Shown here: in pieces, positions 57,789-64,000 of the stretch
Numbering within the stretch: position 1 is the stretch's first letter
How the letters are laid out: every line of letters begins with the position of its first letter
Assembly: GCA_963825865.1 (NCBI GenBank)
Contig: CAWGVG010000044.1
Coordinates: forward strand, 13,818-77,817
DNA: 64,000 nt
Direction: 5' to 3'
Origin: an uncultured Nitrososphaeraceae archaeon
GTDB lineage: Archaea > Thermoproteota > Nitrososphaeria > Nitrososphaerales > Nitrososphaeraceae
Made by a program: the position numbers and the translations under genes
The notes under the pieces: generated by a model
Seen by the model: the letters and a program-made list of their open reading frames with translations, nothing else
What the model was told of the DNA's origin: nothing
Database searches by the model: none

Positions 57789-58348
57789 CTCTCATAGATC
57801 ATCAAATTCTTTTCTTCAAGTAACGTGTGCAAATTATGTACTGCTCTATATACTTCGCTTTCTTTCTTTGCACCAGTACAAACTAGTTTGCCACTAGCAA
57901 ATAGAAGAATTACTGTCTTAGGATCTAACATCCTGTGTATTAGGCCTGGAAACTGTTCTGGCTCATACATGCTTCGGGGAAGGACTCTCGCGGCAAGCTC
58001 GAGGTGAATCTTTCCGCCAAGGCTTGCTGAGGCAACAATGTTCTGGATTTCAATCTGTGGTTCATGTTCAATTGGGATACCGCCCTTCTTTAACTTTTGA
58101 ACAACATTTTTTACGGCCTTAATTGCCTGTTCTTCAGACTTGGCACCAGTACATACCATCTTACCAGAACTAAAAATTAAGGTAGCCGTTTTCGGTGATT
58201 TTAATCTGAAAACAAGTCCAGGGAATTGGTCCGGATGATATTCAACATCAGGAAAAATTTGTGTTATTAAGTTTAGGTTTACAGTTTGGTTTACTGTTGC
58301 AGAAGCCACGACATTCTCTATACTAACAATAGGTTTCGTTTGCGGCAT
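57785..58348 (-). CDS. tbp: TATA-box binding protein
   Basis: Two repeats of NVVAS...YxPxQFPGL...LIFSSGKMVCTGAK. Confidence 0.98.
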   Translation of the reverse strand: MPQTKPIVSIENVVASATVNQTVNLNLITQIFPDVEYHPDQFPGLVFRLKSPKTATLIFSSGKMVCTGAKSEEQAIKAVKNVVQKLKKGGIPIEHEPQIEIQNIVASASLGGKIHLELAARVLPRSMYEPEQFPGLIHRMLDPKTVILLFASGKLVCTGAKKESEVYRAVHNLHTLLEEKNLMIYES

Positions 58349-58771
58349 ACTGAAATGGCTTTATAAGTAAGAAGTATATATACTGTTTACAATATGTTTA
58401 TAGTACATTTAACTATCCTTAGCAGACCACACAATTTTTGACACATACTATTTAACACCAATATAATTTCCATGAATGAAGGAAAAATGTAGTTTTCAGT
58501 TTGTTAGACATAGATGGTTTTTTCATTTGTACTAACAGGTTTTATCATTCTAAAAAGTATTGATATTTTATTGTATTAAGCGACCACCTAACTAGAATCT
58601 TCATCAACCATTAGCTGCTGAAATTTTGATACTTTTAATATTACCTACTTAACTACCGATTGATGGTCTGTTAGATAAAAATATGCTATAGTGTCTCTAA
58701 TCTATAGAATATGCTCTGAAAGTAATACTTATATTAAATACTGTAACTCACTTCATATTGAGTGAAGAAAT

Positions 58772-58954
58772 ATTCCAACACATGGATCATTAACCAAAGC
58801 AGGCAAGGTAAGAGGACAGACACCAAAAATTCAAGGCAAGCCACGATTGAGCCCTGTTTCCAAAGTTCGCAATAAGAATAATTTTATCAAACGCTTTGAA
58901 AAGAGGAGGTTGCCAGGACAGAAAAAACCAGAACGTAGAGGAAGAAGATATTAA
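58772..58954 (+). CDS. rps30e: 30S ribosomal protein eS30 (absent from the ORF track; apparent ATT start)
   Basis: Hand translation [60 protein letters not shown]. Confidence 0.93.
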   Translation: MPTHGSLTKAGKVRGQTPKIQGKPRLSPVSKVRNKNNFIKRFEKRRLPGQKKPERRGRRY

Positions 58955-59039
58955 GTACAAATACTGGTAACAATCATTTTTTGAAGTCTCTAAATTATAA
59001 AGTATATTGTAATATAGAATGTATTCTGAAATACAATAA

Positions 59040-59880
59040 ATGTCAAAAAGGGTAGCGCTCATTGGTTGTGGTACCATTGGAAGAGAGATTGCTATAGCAG
59101 TGGATAGCGGTAAGATAAACAATGCCACTATTGTAACATTGGTTGACACAGTAGATCATCTTGCACAAACATTAAGATCCAACTTGCAAAACAACAATCC
59201 TTCTACATTTACAGACTTTTCTAAATTTACATATTCACCTTCGTTCAAAGATGCAGACATTATTGTTGAGGCTGCCTCTCAAGACGCCGTAAACAGCTTC
59301 GGTAAAAAAATAGTCGAAGCCGGTAAAAGCTTGATGATAATGAGTGTTGGCGCACTGGGGGATCCATTTTTCTTGTCAGAATTGTTGGATATCGCATCTA
59401 AAAACGGTAGTCATATTTATGTGCCCACAGGTGCTATTGCAGGTATAGATGCTATTCGTAGTGTGAAACATCTTCTTGATTCAGTAGTACCTACTACAAC
59501 AAAAAATCCAATAACTCTTGCTGGTGCACCGTTTTTCAATCTGACCAAAATCAATTTGTATGGAATAACTGAGAAAACAGTTATTTATGAGGGGAATGGC
59601 AGCAGATGCAGTAAAAAAATTTCCTGCAAATATTAATGTCGCAGCTATACTAAGTTTGGCTGGTATAGGAATTGAAAGAACAAAGGTCAAAATTATTGCT
59701 GACCCTTATACAGATGTAAACCAACATGAAATTACAGCAAATGGTAAGTTTGGTGAAATGACAGTTATCGTTCGCAACAAGCCAAGTCCGAATAATCCAA
59801 AGACAAGTTTTCTGGCAGTATTATCTGCTATAGAATGTCTACGTTCAATTTGTGACGAGGGTCTTAGAATAGGAACATAA
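59040..59880 (+). CDS. nadX: L-aspartate dehydrogenase (one frameshift)
   Basis: IGCGTIG, VEAAS, MSVGAL, GAIAGID, FPANINVAA, NPKTSFLA. Confidence 0.92.
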
Positions 59881-59954
59881 TTTCTAACGGACCCAACTAG
59901 TTTAATTGACAGTTTATATTGGGTTTTTAATTTGATTCCACTAAGGTATAAAGA

Positions 59955-60227
59955 ATGAGTTACGGAGGATTTAGAAGAGGCGACAACTTTGGTCCAAAGC
60001 CAGTTGAAACCGGCAAAGAATACGATGTACAAGTTACAGAGATCAGTAGAAAGGGCGATGGTATTGCAAGAATACAAGGGTTTGTAATCTTTGTAAAGGA
60101 CGGAAAGGTCGGTCAGAATGCCAGGATTCGTGTAGTCCAAGTAGGGAACAGATTTGCTACTGCAGAAGTCATTAATAGTGCTGCAGCATCATCATCGTCA
60201 TCAACAGCCGAGCATACTACATCTTAA
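59955..60227 (+). CDS. Single TRAM-domain RNA-binding protein
   Basis: PKPVETGKEYDV...GDGIARIQGFVIFV...RFATAEV. Confidence 0.92.
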   Translation: MSYGGFRRGDNFGPKPVETGKEYDVQVTEISRKGDGIARIQGFVIFVKDGKVGQNARIRVVQVGNRFATAEVINSAAASSSSSTAEHTTS

Positions 60228-60278
60228 AATACCGTGAGTGAAGCTACAGTAAACTTTTGTTTGAATTTTTTCAACTTT

Positions 60279-60880
60279 TTAAATAAAATGTTTCTTTTTG
60301 ACGCTCTCTGCAAATATTCTTGTTATCAATCTTTTTTTGAACTGCTTCTTTTCTTTCTTTGATGCAGTGTTGACAAACCTCTTTCTTGGGACTTCAGGAC
60401 TGAAACCCCACTTGTGTAATAGCCTGTATATATGAACCTCATGATACCTGACACCTGTTTTCTTGTAAATTATATTCATAATTTCCTTTAGCCCTCCATC
60501 CTGATGGATTTTCAGATAGTTCCTTTTTTATCCCTAATAACTTCTCTTCAGTTATATCAGGAGGTCTACCGCTACGAGGTTTTTATGTTTCGAAACCTTC
60601 CAGATTTTCATTATTATCGTATCTTTTCAACCACTTGTATGCCCATCCTCTAAGGAATCTGTGAAGTTCTAACTCAGCCACACTTGCGGCCTCTTCCTTA
60701 TCCACTTTAACACGCCTTACCAGAAAAATCCTTTCTCGCACATTAGCGTCAGACTCATGTCTGTAAGCATAGTCCAAGTGTTGAGATGAAAGGACCACGT
60801 TGTTTCAAGTCATATTCCTCACCTAAATACATAATGAACAATAAAAGTAAACTAACTATACGCAATTTTGTTAGTCAGTA
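60279..60880 (-). mobile_element. Truncated IS630-family element (N-terminal HTH part only)
   Basis: WAYKWLKRY, PRSGRPP, KKTGVRYHEVHIYRLLHKWGFSPEVP. DDE domain absent; frameshifted. Confidence 0.78.
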
Positions 60881-60961
60881 TGGTGAGCTGACTACTGTAA
60901 TTAAGGAAGTCCATCTCTAGAGGGCATATGTTGAGATACCATTGTTTTCTATCACCTGTTA

Positions 60962-62140
60962 CACTAAGTGAAGTGTCTGAATTTATGTCGTTATTTGTTC
61001 ATTACATAACCTAGATTTGGAAATAGTTAAAGCTTAGCAAAGGAGATATTTTCATTCTGTTAATCATCCTTTCAAACTCAAACTTACCATAGGACAGAGG
61101 AACAAATTAAAGTCATTTATGAAGAATACGGGTAACAAAAAAGAATACCGCAGGCTACTGGCTATACTCCAAAAGACTGAAGGTAGAACTTACGAAGACA
61201 TAGCAAATGAACACAGAGAGTCAGCAGCAGGTCTGTCCCAAGAGATGGGTTGCTTACTATATCCAAAGTGGGATAGATAGAATAAAGATGAAGAAACCTG
61301 GCGGAACAAAATCTGGCATAACAGATGAAAACAGAGAGATTATTCTATCAGCATTATTTAACGACCCGCACATCTTTGGTTATCTTAGAAATACATGGAG
61401 TCTGCAATCACTTGCAAACTGTCTGACAAATGGGCTTAGGAATCCCAATCAGTTTCAAGCACATGCAGCGAATAACAAAAGATTTAGGAGTTAGGTGCAA
61501 AAGGCCAAAACTGGAATTGCTACATGGAGGAGAGGATTATGAAGAGGGAAAAGAGAAAGTGCAAAACTACAAACAGATAGACTTGGCCTCTGAAAAAAAG
61601 GGAGTTGTAGTAGCATTTGAAGATGAGACTATTATAACACAGAAACCTTGTATTCGAAAATCCATGAGTTTTGAAGGTGAGCAACAAAGGATAGAACATA
61701 CTGGTAGTAGAAAGAAGTTCTCTGCATACATATCCATGGTATCGCCTGAAGAGAAATTAATGACGTATGATTTCTATGATAAAATGGATTCTACGAATAC
61801 TATCGACCATCTAGAGAATCTCAAGACAAACATTATGAAAAATGATTGGTGGAAAAGACTGGTACTCATATGGGATAACGCTTCATATCATGTAAGCCTA
61901 ATGGTACAGGAATTATATCAATGCACAGAGAAAGAAGACTGGCTGACCATAATCCACCTTCCAAAGAAAGCACCATACCTAAATCCGAATGAAAGGAAAG
62001 TAAACCAGCAAAAAAGTCAGATGTATGTGCGAATAGATTCTATGAACATATGGAAGCCAGAAGGCCACAGTATCGGGATACTTGGACAGCCGATTGGGAA
62101 GATGGGATGACGACAGATAGTTATGACACTTGACTTAGAA
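60962..62140 (+). mobile_element. IS630-family element with a frameshifted transposase
   Basis: Imperfect TIRs CTAAGTGAAGTGTC (60964-60977) and the reverse complement of 62125-62138 (13/14 identical). Motifs FEDET, IWDNASYH, LPKKAPYLNPNE. Confidence 0.88.
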
Positions 62141-62419
62141 AGTCATATTTTCCTCTATGAATATATGATGATCTATTGATGCACATTGCCAGGAATGCTC
62201 GACATATTCATCCTTTGTTATTGGGGTATTTCCTCCATTTTGGAAAATAGCGATCATCTATAATTATGATCGCATCATCATTTTTGTCCCACCATATCAG
62301 GGATAGACTTTGAAATCAATGCATTTGTTGAATCTGCGTTTTAGTTCTAGCTCGTATTGCTCACCATCGCCATAAAATCGTGTATCGATCATTTCTTTGA
62401 TGTCAGCTCCTTCTTACTG

Positions 62420-62659
62420 CTATTTTTTTGTCTCAAAATCCTCCAACGTTATCTCCTGGAGCAATACCCTAACATATTTCCCCTTTAAGATCTTTGCTGC
62501 CTTCAGACTTTCTTTTGGGATCTTGTTATAAAAGAGTCTGTCTTCTCCCATCGTAGTTACTTTCGATATGAATTTTATTTCTATCATACCGAGGTTTCCA
62601 CCATCACTTTGCTGTTGATCATCTCTTGCTGTTTGCTGTTGTTTTTGTATAGTATTCAA
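62420..62659 (-). CDS. Small AbrB/swapped-hairpin-like putative DNA-binding protein
   Basis: KFISKVTTMGEDRLFYNKIPKE...LKGKYVRVLLQEI pattern. Confidence 0.5.
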   Translation of the reverse strand: MNTIQKQQQTARDDQQQSDGGNLGMIEIKFISKVTTMGEDRLFYNKIPKESLKAAKILKGKYVRVLLQEITLEDFETKK

Positions 62660-62806
62660 TGTTTTCTATCGTGATAATGCTAAACAGATCCATATATATT
62701 TCATATCTTATCGATCAATATATTTATCCATATGATCTGTATAGATCTGTAATGTAAAATATCATATTGATAACATTAATAAGCGTCAATATGTCTCGTA
62801 AGTTCG

Positions 62807-63416
62807 ATGAATACAACAACATCAAACGTCAACAACAACAACAATAAGCAAAACAAACGACAACAACTGTTAGAATACGCTGAATGGCAGAAAGTGGACG
62901 ATAGGTATGTGGTATATCAAAGGGCTCTCGATAGCGATGAAAAAGACTTTAGCTTTGATTATTTTGTAGCGGACTTGCAGACACATGAAATATCTGATAT
63001 GGCTGGGCCGTATAATCACACTGGAAGAGAAAGAGCAGTTGACTTAGATGACGAAGAAAACATATGCATTACTTGTAAGGCATGTCATGGACGCTGCTAT
63101 TCATATGGATGCGCGTGTAGGTTATTACGAAAGCCAAAGACAGGTGTATCACAGCAGGAATTAGATGCTATGCAAAAACGGGAGGAACAAGACCCAAAAT
63201 TTGACCTAAAAAGGATTGATCAGTACTATGAGAACAGCCTACCAGAGTTATGCCCACATGCCAATAGCATTACTTACTGTCTTGAGGCGAAAGCGGGATA
63301 ATCCCTCTGTAGTAGAAAAGGAAGGGGAATATACTGGTCAATGGAGGCATACATTTGTAATTAACGGAGGAGGAAGAAAAAGTATTCCAATAGAAGTAGC
63401 TGAAAATACAAAATAA
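62807..63416 (+). CDS. Cys-cluster hypothetical protein (probably joined to ORF 63216..63416 by a frameshift)
   Basis: 164-aa ORF containing CITCKACHGRCYSYGCAC; overlapping downstream ORF ends at the hairpin. Confidence 0.6.
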
Positions 63417-63448
63417 AAGGAAGGAGGATCTTTCCTTCCTTTTTTTTT
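63415..63448 (+). terminator. Hairpin plus T-tract terminator-like element
   Basis: AAAAGGAAGGA-GGATCTT-TCCTTCCTTTT followed by further Ts, directly at the stop codon. Confidence 0.7.
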
Positions 63449-64000
63449 AATTTTTAGAGGAGTTCAAGTAAATAAAAATGACATTAAGCAAAGTCGTTCA
63501 TTCAAGTAGTTAGCAAGAAATATGGAACACCAAAGTACCTTTATGACAGGCTAAGATGCAGTATTCTTCTTTGAATTAGATCCTTTTTCTCAACTCGAAG
63601 ATAACCCATTGGGTAACCAAATACTATTTACACAAAGGAAATGGATGGAGTTGGCACAGGACTGGAGCTTTGCTTCGTGACATAGTGAATAATATTGATT
63701 GATTCTTCCTTGATAGAACAAAATATATATTATCGAATTTACAAATTTAGAAAATTGTACTGTGCATAGACGTGGCGAGGTCCGTCTAGTAGTGAAATTA
63801 TTTGTACCAGTTTTGCTAAGTAAATTAATAAAGCCAAATCTATCATGTCTCATTGCTAAGTGCCTTCCTGGTGTCTGTTTGGAATAAAGTCTATAAATTA
63901 ACTATTATCTGTATCTTGTGACACAAATTAGTTTATAGTACCCTATACAGGGTTGCGGCGAAACTTATTTAAAGGAACAGACGGCAGATACGATTATGAC

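Noticed and set aside
2171-59880. Programmed frameshifting or mass pseudogenisation of core genes
   Set aside because: Essential genes (rpoA, rpoB, rps7, glmS, rli) carry scattered single-base indels with no shared slippery site and otherwise conserved sequence. Long-read consensus error is far more likely.
1-64000. tRNA genes and C/D-box sRNAs
   Set aside because: No cloverleaf with a T-arm consensus was seen. Isolated TGATGA/CTGA words are expected by chance; tRNAscan-SE and Infernal would be needed.

Overview
This is a 64-kb AT-rich chromosomal segment from an ammonia-oxidising archaeon, most likely soil-type Nitrososphaeraceae (Nitrososphaerota/Thaumarchaeota). The assignment rests on unsplit RNA polymerase A and B subunits, TBP, Hjc, eS30, a PEFG-CTERM surface protein, an acyl-CoA carboxylase carboxyltransferase and a free-standing 5S rRNA. 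Core content: the rpoH-rpoB-rpoA-rpl30e-nusA-rps12-rps7 cluster, rfcL, rps13-rps4, glmS, geranylgeranyl reductase, cobT, a non-oxidative pentose-phosphate operon with a transketolase-N/Rpe fusion, two tandem AAA+/VWA pairs, pepA, RLI/ABCE1, trm5, pyrE, tbp and nadX. Many essential genes carry single-base frameshifts, which points to long-read consensus errors; eight of these lie in or beside GCWGC. Accessory spacers hold four IS elements or remnants and several decayed virus/plasmid-like fragments (D5-type helicase, terminase-like nuclease, P-loop protein, HTH). Best leads: (i) a hypothetical protein (3462-4622) with the motif order of a divergent trans-prenyltransferase; (ii) the double AAA+/VWA cluster; (iii) scattered relics of a possible single mobile-element family; (iv) a GC-rich mosaic 5' rpoB; (v) eS30 with an apparent ATT start. 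No CRISPR array or tRNA was recognised. All assignments come from reading motifs by eye; no searches were run.
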